DNA of 64,000 nt from Flavobacteriaceae bacterium. GTDB lineage: Bacteria > Bacteroidota > Bacteroidia > Flavobacteriales > Flavobacteriaceae. The notes beneath the pieces are model-generated. The model had not been told where the DNA came from and did no database searches. It was given only the letters and a program-made list of their open reading frames with translations. Positions within the stretch are counted from its first letter, which is position 1. The number at the start of each line of letters is the position of its first letter. The stretch covers positions 577 through 64,576 of the forward strand of contig JBBKWR010000119.1 in assembly GCA_037969055.1 (NCBI GenBank), read 5' to 3'. The position numbers and the translations under genes are program-made. Of this stretch, positions 17,100-28,500 are shown piece by piece.

Positions 17100-18242
17100 T
17101 TACAATGTGCCACGGGCTTCCTGTTCCCGCTCGATCGACTCAAATAGGGCTTTAAAATTGCCTTTGCCAAACGATTTTGCACCCTTACGTTGTATGATTT
17201 CAATGAACATAGTTGGCCGATCCAATATTGGCTTTGTGAAAATTTGCAAGAGATAACCCTCATCATCCCTATCGATAAGGATACCAAGTTTACTCAAGGG
17301 AGCCAAATCTTCGTCGATCTCACCTACCCTATCCAATACGTCTTCATAGTAAGTCGCTGGAACGGTCAAAAATTCGATGCCGCGTTCTTTTAGGGCAGTT
17401 ACGGTTTCAATAATATTATCGGTTGCCAGGGCCATATGCTGGACCCCTGCCCCATTATAAAATTCTATATACTCTTCGATCTGCGATTTTTTTCGACCTT
17501 CGGCCGGCTCATTTATGGGAAACTTGATACGGCCATTTCCATTGCTCATCACTTTGCTCATAAGCGCGGTATATTCTGTTGAAATATCTTTGTCGTCGAA
17601 AGAGACCAATTGTGCAAAGCCCATCACTTTGGCATAAAACTCGCACCATTTGTTCATTTCATTCCAACCCACGTTTCCGACCATGTGATCAACATATTTA
17701 AGTCCAACATCCACAGGTCTGTAAAATGGTTCCCATTTGCGAAATCCAGGCAAGAAAACACCTTGATATTTTGCCCGCTCCACAAATACATGAACGGTTT
17801 CACCATAGGTATGAATCCCTGAAAGTACTACACTGCCATGTTCGTCAGAACTTGTTTTGGGAGAGAAATAGCTTTTTGCACCCCTTGTTGTGGTTTCCTT
17901 AAAACTCTTTTCGGCGTCGTCTACCCATAACGCGATAACCTTCACCCCATCTCCATGGGCATCGATATGCTTATTGATTTCTCCGCCTGATTTTAACGGA
18001 GAGGTGAGTACCAGTCTGATTTTACCCTGTTGTACCACATAAGACACGGTATCTTTTAACCCGGTCTCTAGGCCTGCATAGGCCAAAGGTTGAAATCCCC
18101 AGGCGGCCATATAATAATGAGCGGCCTGTTTGGCGTTGCCCACATAGAGTTCTACATAATCGGTGCCCAACAAGGGCAAAAAATCTTCCGCTTCGGGATT
18201 TTCGATGGGAAGATGTAATGAGGTTTTATCCAGTACTGACAT
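17100..18242 (-). CDS. hppD: 4-hydroxyphenylpyruvate dioxygenase
   Basis: DHMVGNV, GVQHMAL, EIIQRKG..SFGKGNF. Confidence 0.97.
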   Translation of the reverse strand: MSVLDKTSLHLPIENPEAEDFLPLLGTDYVELYVGNAKQAAHYYMAAWGFQPLAYAGLETGLKDTVSYVVQQGKIRLVLTSPLKSGGEINKHIDAHGDGVKVIALWVDDAEKSFKETTTRGAKSYFSPKTSSDEHGSVVLSGIHTYGETVHVFVERAKYQGVFLPGFRKWEPFYRPVDVGLKYVDHMVGNVGWNEMNKWCEFYAKVMGFAQLVSFDDKDISTEYTALMSKVMSNGNGRIKFPINEPAEGRKKSQIEEYIEFYNGAGVQHMALATDNIIETVTALKERGIEFLTVPATYYEDVLDRVGEIDEDLAPLSKLGILIDRDDEGYLLQIFTKPILDRPTMFIEIIQRKGAKSFGKGNFKALFESIEREQEARGTL

Positions 18243-18468
18243 TGTATTTGTTTTTTAAAGTGAAAAGGGGGCGTTGATACCAAAAATCCCACATCCAAAT
18301 TTATAGAAATGGTATGTTTCGAGAACCTGTAATGGGGTGTCCAAACAGACAGGCAGACTACACTGATCTACTTACCACATGGCCCTAAGGTGGGCGGTTA
18401 TATCAATTCTAAGTTGAAGCATCGTAGTACAAATATCGTGAAAAAGAATGGAAGTAATGACAAGATTC

Positions 18469-20736
18469 TCAAAACCAATACCCTACACTAAAAAAGAAAT
18501 TATCGGTCTTCCCTTCTGGGCTCCATGAATAATGCACTTGCACCGGGCCTAAGAAAGATTCCCATCCATATCCTACCCCATATCCCGAATAATTAGGGTT
18601 TGTAAACCATTCCCCGGTCCTAAAAATATCATCTTCGACGTTGGCAAAATTTGCGGTGAACAAGAAATGGTTTTTGCGAAAGAACTCGAGGTCGAGACGA
18701 CCATAGGCTTTTACATAGCTGTTCCCGGGCAGACTTAAAAAATCATAGCCCATAAAAGTTACGAAGTTGTTGATAAGATCATTGCCGAATCCGCCCAACA
18801 CAAAATCGAAGGAGGTAACATTCGAAGTGCCCAATTTAAATCCGCCCTCCGTCTCCAAATTTAATGAAAGGTTTGGAAATATTGGGATAGCGGCACCCAT
18901 CCGCGCCTTTGCGATAGAGAACTCCTTAAAATTTTGATTAAAGTCGGAAGACAACACATAAAAATGAAAATCCCCACTAAAGAACAAACCCCTGCTTGGA
19001 AAAAATCGATCATCATAGGTATCTAGCCTTAACTGCCCGAAAGTGCTATAAAAGGTGCTTTTTTCAAAAATGGTGAGATCTTCCTCCATTTTTAGGTTGG
19101 TTATGGCGGACCCATCGGTAAGGGCCCCTAAAGTACGGGTACTGTATTTTAAAAATTTGTGTTCAATGCCCATGGTATATGAAAATTCCTCCCTCAACAC
19201 GGTTTGAATATACAGTTGGTTGGTAAAATCGGTAACATTTAGGTTAATTCGGTTGACATTAATTCCAACAGGAATTTCGAAGTTACCGCGGATCAATCCG
19301 AAATCGATTTGTCGGTCAAAAGCGTTATACCTGGAATTTAAGCCATAACTCCAATAAGAACCCTTATCTACATAATATTCGAAATTATACCTAAGATTGT
19401 CCCCTAACATCAAATCCATGGATGAAACATCGTCCCGCATTAAAAAACTCTTGCGGGTCAAATTAATGAGGGCGGAACTTTTGTATAAATCATCGTAGTG
19501 GGCCGCCAGTCTCAAAAAAGTTTTGTTCTGGTTTTCGGTCATGTTCAAAAAAAGATCTTCGCCTAGGCCATTTTGGCTGAGCTTGTACCGTATGGTCTTG
19601 AAATTTCCCGTGGCCGAAAGGTTGCTGATGCCTTGTTGCAATTTTTCAAAAGTTATTTTTTTGCCCAGTTCAAAGCGCAATTTACCCTTGACGTAACCGC
19701 GGGTATAGTTGTCCACATCCCCATCAATAACCAAACGGTTTACGACGAGTGTATCCTGAACGGCAACGGGATCAACAGGTTTCCTTTCGAAGTCTTGGAA
19801 ATTGGAGAGGTTTTTGAGCTGGTCAAAAACCAATCGGGCCGCTTTTTCACCACTATCGATGATTTGTCGATAGGCTATGAAATCAATCATGGAATACTCA
19901 TTGATCTGGGGCTGGATATAGATATCGGTTTGCTGTGATTTATTGGCCATTGCGGCTACTGTCCTAAAGTTATTGACCTGCAGCAGAATTTCGGTTGCGG
20001 AAGAAAGTTGATCCCTGTTCGCCAAACCATGTTGCACATCTGATCCTATAATAACGTCGGCCCCCATGGCCTTAACCTGGTCTATTGGATAATTATTCAC
20101 CACTCCGCCATCGATCAAAGTCTTTTGATCGATGATGGCTGGCTCAAAAAGTGACGGTAGCGCAGCACTGGCCATTACCACCTCCGGGAGGTAACCCTTG
20201 TCCAAAATGACTTCCTCACCCGTTTCCGCATCGGTTGCGATGCATAAAAATGGAATTGGCAATTTGCTGAAATCTTTGATATCCTTTACATGATAAAACA
20301 ATCTTACGAATTCATTATACACGTTTTGACCCCCTGAATAAGCCTGAGGCACGCTTATCCTAAAGTTGTTAAACGGTAAAGTAATCGCATAGCGCTCCGA
20401 ATCTTCCTTCTCATAAAAAGTCTTGGCGCTGCGTGGTAAATTGTCCTTTATCAGGAAATCAAAATCTATGTTTTTAAAGATCGAATCGAGTTGGGTAGCT
20501 GAGTACCCTGCGGCATAGAGCGCCCCTATTACCGCACCCATGCTAGTGCCCCCGATATAATCAATTTGAACACCGGCTTCTTCTATAACCTTTAAAGCCC
20601 CAATATGTGCCATCCCCTTTGCTCCGCCGCCGCTCAATACCAATCCTACTTTAAGCCGTTCATTATCATTGCTCTCCTGTGACATTGCCCCTAGGGCAAA
20701 TAATAGAATACTTATATATAGAATATTTTTTCGCAT
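18469..20736 (-). CDS. Patatin-like phospholipase with POTRA and beta-barrel domains (PlpD-like)
   Basis: LSGGGAKG, GTSMG, DGG; C-terminal ...VGYWF; second Met taken as start. Confidence 0.9.
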   Translation of the reverse strand: MRKNILYISILLFALGAMSQESNDNERLKVGLVLSGGGAKGMAHIGALKVIEEAGVQIDYIGGTSMGAVIGALYAAGYSATQLDSIFKNIDFDFLIKDNLPRSAKTFYEKEDSERYAITLPFNNFRISVPQAYSGGQNVYNEFVRLFYHVKDIKDFSKLPIPFLCIATDAETGEEVILDKGYLPEVVMASAALPSLFEPAIIDQKTLIDGGVVNNYPIDQVKAMGADVIIGSDVQHGLANRDQLSSATEILLQVNNFRTVAAMANKSQQTDIYIQPQINEYSMIDFIAYRQIIDSGEKAARLVFDQLKNLSNFQDFERKPVDPVAVQDTLVVNRLVIDGDVDNYTRGYVKGKLRFELGKKITFEKLQQGISNLSATGNFKTIRYKLSQNGLGEDLFLNMTENQNKTFLRLAAHYDDLYKSSALINLTRKSFLMRDDVSSMDLMLGDNLRYNFEYYVDKGSYWSYGLNSRYNAFDRQIDFGLIRGNFEIPVGINVNRINLNVTDFTNQLYIQTVLREEFSYTMGIEHKFLKYSTRTLGALTDGSAITNLKMEEDLTIFEKSTFYSTFGQLRLDTYDDRFFPSRGLFFSGDFHFYVLSSDFNQNFKEFSIAKARMGAAIPIFPNLSLNLETEGGFKLGTSNVTSFDFVLGGFGNDLINNFVTFMGYDFLSLPGNSYVKAYGRLDLEFFRKNHFLFTANFANVEDDIFRTGEWFTNPNYSGYGVGYGWESFLGPVQVHYSWSPEGKTDNFFFSVGYWF

Positions 20737-20757
20737 GCTTTTTATTGGTCGCACTAA

Positions 20758-22545
20758 TCAATGAAATGTTTCATAAATTTTTTTTGCCTTGGCCATTCCT
20801 ACCGATTCTGCCAAGTTCTCAATGGTGGCCTCCCTGATACGTTTTACAGATTTGAAATGCCTTAAAAGATCTTGGGCGGTTTTCTGCCCGATGCCATCAA
20901 TTTGTTCCAATGTGGAATTGATGGCAGATTTACTTCTTTTGTTGCGATGAAATGAAATGCCAAAGCGATGCGCTTCGTTGCGCAATTGCTGGATGATCTT
21001 CAGGCTTTCAGATTTTTTATCCAAATATAAGGGAATGGGGTCCCCTGGGAAGTAGATTTCTTCCAAACGTTTGGCTATACCAATGATGGCAATCTTACCA
21101 CGAAGTCCTAAAATATCCAAGCTCTTCAACGCAGAAGAAAGTTGACCTTTACCGCCATCAATGACCACAAGTTGTGGAAGGGACCCACCCTCCTCCTGGA
21201 GTCGTTTATATCGGCGGTAGACTACCTCTTCCATAGAAGCAAAATCATCTGGCCCCACTACCGATTTGATATTGAAATGCCGATACTCTTTTTTAGCAGG
21301 TTTTCCATCCCTATAAACCACGCAGGCCGCTACCGGATGGCTTCCCTGAATATTACTGTTATCGAAGCATTCAATATGCCGGGGCTCTGTCGAGAGTCGT
21401 AAATCGGCCTTCATCTGGGCCATGATCCGATTTGTATGTCTATCCGGGTCGATAATCTTGATCTGTTTGAATTTTTCCTGTCTGAAATATTTGGCGTTGC
21501 GCTCACTGAATTCCATTATCTTTTTCTTGTCTCCCAATTGGGGGACGGTAACTTTCAAATTTGGTGCAACGCTCACCTCGAACGGTAGGTATATTTCTTG
21601 TGATTGTGAATTGAATCTTTGCCTAATTTCTACTATAGCAAGCTCTAGTAAGTCCTCATCTTTCTCATCGAGCTTTTTCTTGATCTCCATCGTATGTGAA
21701 CTAATAATCGACCCATGCGACAATTGTAGAAAATTCACGTAGGCGAAGGCCTGGTCAGAAATGATAGAGAATACATCTACATTACTGATCTTTGGGTTGA
21801 CGATAGTGGATTTTGCCTGATAATTTTCCAGGATGTCTATTTTATCCTTGAAGCCTTGGGCCTCCTCGAATTGCATTTCGCCTGCTCGGACGTTCATCTG
21901 TTTTTTAAAAAAGTGCAGTGAAGATTTAAAATTTCCCTTAAGGATTTCTCTAATAGCATCGATCTGTTGTTGATACTCCTCGGCACTTTGAAGGTTTTCG
22001 CACGGGGCTTTACAATTTCCCAAATGATATTCCAAACAAGCCTTAAACTTGCCCATCTCTATTTTTTCCGTTGAAAGATCATAATTACAGGTCCGCAATG
22101 GATAAACGCTCTTTACCAAATCGAGTAAAGTGCGTACGGTCTTCATACTCGTATAAGGACCGAAGTATTCGGAACCATCCTTGATCAATTTTCTAGTGGG
22201 AAATATTCGAGGAAACCTTTCATTTTTAATGCAGATCCAAGGATATGATTTATCATCTTTTAACAACACATTATACCTTGGGCGCAGTGTTTTGATCAGA
22301 TTGTTCTCCAATAATAAGGCATCAGATTCGGTATGGACCACAATGTGCTTGATCAATTTGATCTTCTTGACCATGACCCGTGTCTTGCCGTATTCTTGCT
22401 TCTTATTGAAATAGGAAGCTACCCGTTTTTTGAGGTTTTTGGCTTTCCCGACGTAGAGGATCTTATCGTCGGAATCATAAAATTGGTACACCCCAGGCTC
22501 GTCCGGCAGGGTACTCAAATGAATTTCAATAGGTATTTGGGGCAT
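20758..22545 (-). CDS. uvrC: Excinuclease ABC subunit C
   Basis: PGVYQ...YVGKAKNL, IECFDNSN, IDGGKGQ, HhH. Confidence 0.98.
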   Translation of the reverse strand: MPQIPIEIHLSTLPDEPGVYQFYDSDDKILYVGKAKNLKKRVASYFNKKQEYGKTRVMVKKIKLIKHIVVHTESDALLLENNLIKTLRPRYNVLLKDDKSYPWICIKNERFPRIFPTRKLIKDGSEYFGPYTSMKTVRTLLDLVKSVYPLRTCNYDLSTEKIEMGKFKACLEYHLGNCKAPCENLQSAEEYQQQIDAIREILKGNFKSSLHFFKKQMNVRAGEMQFEEAQGFKDKIDILENYQAKSTIVNPKISNVDVFSIISDQAFAYVNFLQLSHGSIISSHTMEIKKKLDEKDEDLLELAIVEIRQRFNSQSQEIYLPFEVSVAPNLKVTVPQLGDKKKIMEFSERNAKYFRQEKFKQIKIIDPDRHTNRIMAQMKADLRLSTEPRHIECFDNSNIQGSHPVAACVVYRDGKPAKKEYRHFNIKSVVGPDDFASMEEVVYRRYKRLQEEGGSLPQLVVIDGGKGQLSSALKSLDILGLRGKIAIIGIAKRLEEIYFPGDPIPLYLDKKSESLKIIQQLRNEAHRFGISFHRNKRSKSAINSTLEQIDGIGQKTAQDLLRHFKSVKRIREATIENLAESVGMAKAKKIYETFH

Positions 22546-23035
22546 TACTTATCCGTAGCTTTTGTATTGGTTGATCGAGTTAAATTACTGCCTTTTTATA
22601 AAAGCACCCAGCAATTTTATGATTTTAACCCGGCTTTGTGAAAGTTGTGGAATTTTATTTAGATTTTGTACCCATTCGCAAAAAATGGGATTTAAAATAT
22701 TATTCTTGATAAGCATTGGGGCTCAAATTGACTCCGATTAGCGACCTAAATAGGACCATAATTTGTTGCATTTATAACAATTGAATAATGTTTACTGTAA
22801 TGTTCAATAAAAAATAAAAAAAAAGTCCTAATTCCGCCATAGCATTAATTCTACTTTTCTATGTCATTGTATTTCATCTATTTATAAATCAAATGACGCT
22901 ATAATCACGATAAATTTAGGCCTTTAGAAGGCATAAAAACCACGACTTTGTGCATTTTATCGATGAAATCTTACACTTGATGGAAAATCTAAAGCTTTTT
23001 TTATATATATTTAAAACATCAAAATCGATAAGAAC

Positions 23036-23122
23036 ATGGACAAGTACATTATTACAATTGGGTCGTACTTAATCCTTATGCTCATTTTCAAACTATACTA
23101 TTATGTAACTGTTAAGGAATAG
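23036..23122 (+). CDS. Putative 28-aa membrane peptide MDKYIITIGSYLILMLIFKLYYYVTVKE
   Basis: Translated by hand; single hydrophobic stretch; A-rich leader. Confidence 0.4.
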   Translation: MDKYIITIGSYLILMLIFKLYYYVTVKE

Positions 23123-23195
23123 CAAAGTATTAAGTAACCCCACTACTTATTATATTTTAAGAACCCCCAGCTTCTTAAGAGTTTAATCCAAAATC

Positions 23196-23765
23196 ATGTT
23201 TAAAAAAGATTTGAGATTGAACTTTATTGCCCTTCGGGAAAAAATGGCTGAAGAAGCCATATTAAACGCTAGTCTAAGCATAGCGAACCAATTGCTGAAA
23301 ATGCAAATTTGGGATGCTGATTATTATCATATTTTTCTTTCCATTCCAGAAAAGAAAGAGATAGATACCAGTTTTATTTTATCTATCCTTCAAGGGAAAG
23401 ACAAACATGTGGTTCTTCCAAAGGTGTACCAAAAACAAATTCTCAAGCATTATCTACTTACCGATAGTACCAAACTTCAAGAAAGTCCCTGGGGTATTCC
23501 CGAACCCGTGGACGGGATAGAAATCGACGCCTCCAAAATAGATATTGTGTTCATACCCCTTTTAGCATTTGATGCTAAGGGCTTTAGGGTTGGCTATGGC
23601 AAAGGATTTTACGACCGTTTTCTCAGTGAATGTCGTACAAATGTCATTAAAATCGGCTTATCCTTATTTGGTGCTACAGCAAATATTAGCGACGTTACCG
23701 AGCATGACCTGCGTCTGGACTACTGCGTAACACCAGAAAAAATTTATTCTTTTAAGTCAGAATGA
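23196..23765 (+). CDS. 5-formyltetrahydrofolate cyclo-ligase
   Basis: WGIPEP, RVGYGKGFYDRFL. Confidence 0.95.
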   Translation: MFKKDLRLNFIALREKMAEEAILNASLSIANQLLKMQIWDADYYHIFLSIPEKKEIDTSFILSILQGKDKHVVLPKVYQKQILKHYLLTDSTKLQESPWGIPEPVDGIEIDASKIDIVFIPLLAFDAKGFRVGYGKGFYDRFLSECRTNVIKIGLSLFGATANISDVTEHDLRLDYCVTPEKIYSFKSE

Positions 23766-24418
23766 TCAGGGCCAGAAGTGGATGGTACAACCTTCTTTTT
23801 ATCGCCAAATGCCTTTTTGTTAAAGACAATCAAGATACCGACTCCGGTGCTAATGGCCGTATCGGCCACATTAAAAACAGGTTCAAAAAAACGAAAACTG
23901 CCACCGCCAAAATAAGGAACCCATTCGGGCCATGTGGTGTCTACCATAGGAAAATATAGCATATCGACTACCTTCCCATAAAATAAACCACCATAGGGCT
24001 TTTCGGAAAAAAGGGTAGCCACTTGTCCAACGCTATCGTCGAAGATTGTTCCATAAAAAACCGAGTCAATAATGTTACCCAAAGCCCCTGCAAAAATGAA
24101 AGAAACTGCCAATACATAGGTAGTATTGCTTTTCTTTTTTATAAGGTCGAAGAGCCAATAGCCAATTCCGAAAATGGCGAATACCCGGAATATTGTCAAG
24201 ATGAGCTTGCCCACTGCATCCGAAATGGGCAGGACATCGCTCAACTTAGCGCCCCATGCTGCCCCTTCGTTTTCAATAAAATGAATTTTGAACCAATCGA
24301 AAACAGCTACAGAATCCCCAAGAATAAAATGGGTCTTAATATAAATCTTGCTCAATTGGTCAATCACCAAAATCAGAAAAATTAATACGAGGGATTTCTT
24401 TAAGCTCATAATATGCAT
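23744..24418 (-). CDS. lspA: Lipoprotein signal peptidase II
   Basis: DQLSK, NEGAAWG, GALGNIID, VVD, FNVAD. Confidence 0.93.
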   Translation of the reverse strand: MHIMSLKKSLVLIFLILVIDQLSKIYIKTHFILGDSVAVFDWFKIHFIENEGAAWGAKLSDVLPISDAVGKLILTIFRVFAIFGIGYWLFDLIKKKSNTTYVLAVSFIFAGALGNIIDSVFYGTIFDDSVGQVATLFSEKPYGGLFYGKVVDMLYFPMVDTTWPEWVPYFGGGSFRFFEPVFNVADTAISTGVGILIVFNKKAFGDKKKVVPSTSGPDHSDLKE

Positions 24419-24442
24419 TTGAAAGGTTCAAAAATAGACATA

Positions 24443-25063
24443 TTATTCGGTTTTGGTAAGGTGGATGTTTCCGGTTGTAGAGGACAGTACATATTTATTC
24501 AGGCCGCCGGGAATATCATCTTCCTGGACCGATCCAAACTTGCTTGTCGCTGTGATATCGGCTTGGGCAGATGATGCCCAAATATCGCCACTTAGGGATA
24601 ATACTTCAACAGACCCCGAGACATTATCGAGTTGGCATCGACCATCATTGAGGGTTACCTTTAAATTTTCGTAATTACCCATGATCGAAATATTGCAACT
24701 TGTTCCATAAAGATCCACACTTTTATGTTGGGGAAGTACTATGAACAATGCGATCGAGACCACCTTATGTGCACTTAGCTTATCATTGGGAGCCACGAAC
24801 GTTGGAGGAAATCCCGCACCTATCAATATCGCGCTACCTTCTTCCTTCACCGTAAGCAACAGATCTTTTGTGTATTCCCCATCGATCTTTGCTTCTACGA
24901 CCAATTCATCACTGTTGGAAGTAGCTATGTTTATTTCAAAACAATTATTGGCATCTATGCCGATAAAAGTAATATCCGGATGTAGGATGGTTTTATGTAT
25001 TATTTTTTGGCTATATGCGAACTGGCAAATAAGGAACAGAATAATACAGAGTCGCTTAGGCAT
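24443..25063 (-). CDS. Exported beta-strand repeat (DUF4097-like) protein
   Basis: Signal peptide; SGDI/TGNI repeats. Confidence 0.65.
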   Translation of the reverse strand: MPKRLCIILFLICQFAYSQKIIHKTILHPDITFIGIDANNCFEINIATSNSDELVVEAKIDGEYTKDLLLTVKEEGSAILIGAGFPPTFVAPNDKLSAHKVVSIALFIVLPQHKSVDLYGTSCNISIMGNYENLKVTLNDGRCQLDNVSGSVEVLSLSGDIWASSAQADITATSKFGSVQEDDIPGGLNKYVLSSTTGNIHLTKTE

Positions 25064-25163
25064 ATCACGAATAATAAAACCCGCAAGATTTTCTAGTACC
25101 TTGCAGGTTTGGGATTATAAAATTTTAAGAATAGGCCTGGAATTTGTTTGTAATGCAATATCC

Positions 25164-25547
25164 TTATTTCTGCATGTTTTTGGCTTCAATGCTCAAGGTA
25201 GCGTGTGGCACAAGCTTCAATCGTTCCTTATTGATTAATTTACCTGTAACCCGGCATACCCCAAATGTCTTGTTTTCGATACGTAATAAGGCATTTTTTA
25301 AATCTCGAATAAATTTTTCCTGACGGATCGCCAACTGCGTATTGGCCTCCTTGCTCATGGTCTCCGAACCTTCTTCAAAGGCCTTAAAGGTTGGGGAGGT
25401 ATCGTCAGTGCCGTTGTTCCCATCATTCATGTAAGCGCTTTTCAAAAGCTCTAAATGACTCTTTGCCTTTACGATCTTATCTTCTATTAGCACTCTAAAT
25501 TCCGCCAAATCCTTATCCGAGAATCTTATTTTTAAATCTTGCTCCAT
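25164..25547 (-). CDS. TraR/DksA family transcriptional regulator
   Basis: ALLRIENKTFGVCRVTGKLINKERL..VPHATLS. Confidence 0.9.
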   Translation of the reverse strand: MEQDLKIRFSDKDLAEFRVLIEDKIVKAKSHLELLKSAYMNDGNNGTDDTSPTFKAFEEGSETMSKEANTQLAIRQEKFIRDLKNALLRIENKTFGVCRVTGKLINKERLKLVPHATLSIEAKNMQK

Positions 25548-25551
25548 GATC

Positions 25552-28500
25552 TTAATGTTTTTGTATAAATAATTTTGTGTTTACCTCGTCGAAGGCAATT
25601 TCAATGCCATCTTTCATAGTTTCCTTCAAAACGAGATCTGCTGTTAACGTTTCCGTCTTTATGTATTCCAAATTACTTTCAATGGCCGATTCTACAAATC
25701 CGTCCTTTTGGATTTTAACATCGATTTTATCGGTTACTTCAAAACCTGAATCCTTTCTCATATTTTGAATTCGGTTTACGAGTTCCCGGGCAATGCCTTC
25801 TTTTCTAAGGTCTTTACTGATATTAATATCCAAGGCTACGGTAAAGGCGCCTGAACTGGCCACCTGCCAACCTTCAATATCTTGGGATGATATCTCTACA
25901 TCCTGAAACTGTAAATTAATGGTTTTATTTTCAAATGCAATGGATATTTCGCCATTTTGCTCAATTTCTTGGATATCTTCCTGGCTAAAACCCGAAATTG
26001 CCTGCGCAATCGACTTCATTTTGTTCCCATATTTTGGACCTAAAACCTTGAAATTAGGCTTAATATTCTTGACCAAAATGCCCGAGGCATCGTCTAACAG
26101 TTCAATTTCCTTCACATTTACTTCGGATTTTATCAAATCCGCCACCGCTTCGATTTCCAATCTTTGCTTTTTATTCAAAACAGGAATCATAATTTTTTGC
26201 AAGGGCTGCCGGACCTTAATCCTCTCTTTTTGTCGGATTGAGAGGACCAAGGAAGAAATTTGTTGCGCCTTCTGCATTTTGCTTTCGAGGGCCATATCTA
26301 CAATTGAGGCGTCAAAAACGGGAAAATTGGACAAATGTACACTCTCAAATTTTTCGCGTTGCGAAGTCGAAGTTAAATCTGTGTATAGCCTATCCATTAA
26401 AAAAGGGGCAATGGGAGCCGATAATTTTGATACCGTGACCAGACAAGTGTACAAGGTTTGATAGGCGGAAATTTTATCCGTTAGATCATTTCCCTGACCA
26501 GAATTTCCTTTTTTGGCTGGCTTCCAAAAACGTCTCCTGCAAAGGCGAACGTACCAGTTGCTCAAATTTACCTGGACATAATCTGATATTGCCCGTGCAG
26601 CTTTTGTGGGTTCATAATCGTCGTAAGCCTCATCCACTGTTTTCACCAAGGTGTGAAGTTCGGATAGTATCCAACGATCAATTTCAGGACGCTCCTTTAT
26701 CGGAATGTCATCTTCGGCAAAGGTGAACCCGTCAATATTGGCATAAAGCGCAAAGAACGCATAGGTATTGTACAGGGTGCCAAAAAACTTCCGCTTTACT
26801 TCAATGATCCCATCTATATCGAACTTAAGATTGTCCCAAGGATTTGCGTTGCTGATCATATACCATCTGGTGGCATCCGCGCCATGCGCATCCATCGTTT
26901 CAAAAGGATCGGCAGCGTTTCCCAACCTTTTTGACATCTTTTTACCTTCCTTATCGAGCACCAATCCGTTGGAAATCACATTTTTATAGGCTACTGAATC
27001 GAACACAATGGTCGCGATAGCATGGAGCGTATAAAACCAACCCCGCGTCTGGTCAACACCTTCCGCAATAAAATCTGCAGGGAAAGTTTTATTGCCATCG
27101 ATTAAATCCTTGTTCTCATGAGGATAATGCCATTGCGCATAGGGCATCGAACCACTATCGAACCAAACATCGATCAGATCGCTTTCGCGCATCATGGGAC
27201 TACCCGATGCAGAAACAAGGATGATCTGGTCCACAATATTTTTATGTAGGTCAATTTTGTCATAATTATCTTCCGACATATCGCCCACCACGAATTCATC
27301 AAAAATATCCTTCGCCATTACGCCGGCCTTTATTGCCTTTGCCATCTCTGATTTTAATTCGGCCATAGAGCCAACAATCAATTCTTCCTTACCATCTTCA
27401 GTTCTCCAAATTGGTAGTGGAATGCCCCAATATCTGGATCTCGATAAATTCCAGTCATTTGAGTTGGCCAGCCAGTTTCCAAACCGACCTTCTCCCGTTG
27501 ATTTGGGTTTCCAATTGATCTGTTGGTTCAATTCGAACATCCTATCCCTAACATCGGTGATCTTGATGAACCACGAATCTAAAGGGTAGTACAGAATGGG
27601 CTTGTCTGTACGCCAACAATTAGGGTAACTATGGGTATATTTTTCAACTTTAAAGGCCTTATTTTCTTCCTTCAGGCGTATCGCGATCTCGACATCAACC
27701 GAGCGTTCCGGAGCCTTGCCTTCGTCGTAATATTCGTTTTTGACATACTTGCCGCCGAGTTCTCGGAGTTCTGGGCGGAACCTCCCCTGCAGGTCTACCA
27801 AGGGCACGGGATTATTGTTTTCGTCCAAAACAAGCATGGGCGGGACCTCTGGGATGGCCTGTTTGGCCACAAGGGCATCGTCAGCGCCAAAAGTGGGTGC
27901 CGTGTGTACGATTCCCGTTCCATCCTCGGTAGTAACAAAATCGCCGGCAATGATCCTAAAGGCATTTTCGGGATGCTGATATGGCAATGTGTAATCCAAT
28001 AGTTGCTCGTATCGAATACCTATCAAATCTTTACCCTTGAAACCTTTAACAATATAATAAGGAATTTTTTTGTCCCCTGAACCGTAGCCCAGCAAATCGG
28101 GCTTCTTATCGACCTGGACAAACTTACCCACGAACTGTTTCGAAACTAAATTTTTCGCCAGTACCACGTTGGTCGGCTCAAAAGTATATTGGTTATAGGT
28201 CTCGACCAATACGTAGTCAATTTTTGCCCCTATGGTCAGGGCGGTATTGGAAGGTAGGGTCCAAGGTGTGGTCGTCCATGCTAGAAAATAAACGGTACCC
28301 TCATTTTGAAGAATTTTGGGAAGCGATGCCTCGACCGCCTTAAATTGCGCTACTACAGTCGTATCCGTTATATCTTGATAGGTGCCAGGTTGGTTAAGTT
28401 CGTTGGAGCTCAAACCCGTACCTGCCTTTGGGGAATAGGGTTGGATAGAGTAACCCTTATAGATCAATCCCTTGTCGTAAATCTGCTTTAACAACCACCA

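Noticed and set aside
18243-18468. Lost hmgA upstream of hppD, implying pyomelanin production
   Set aside because: No remnant is visible and hmgA may be elsewhere in the genome.
22546-23195. 6S RNA upstream of the 5-formyl-THF cyclo-ligase gene
   Set aside because: That linkage is common in Proteobacteria, but I found no long rod-like fold with a central bubble here; needs an Infernal search.
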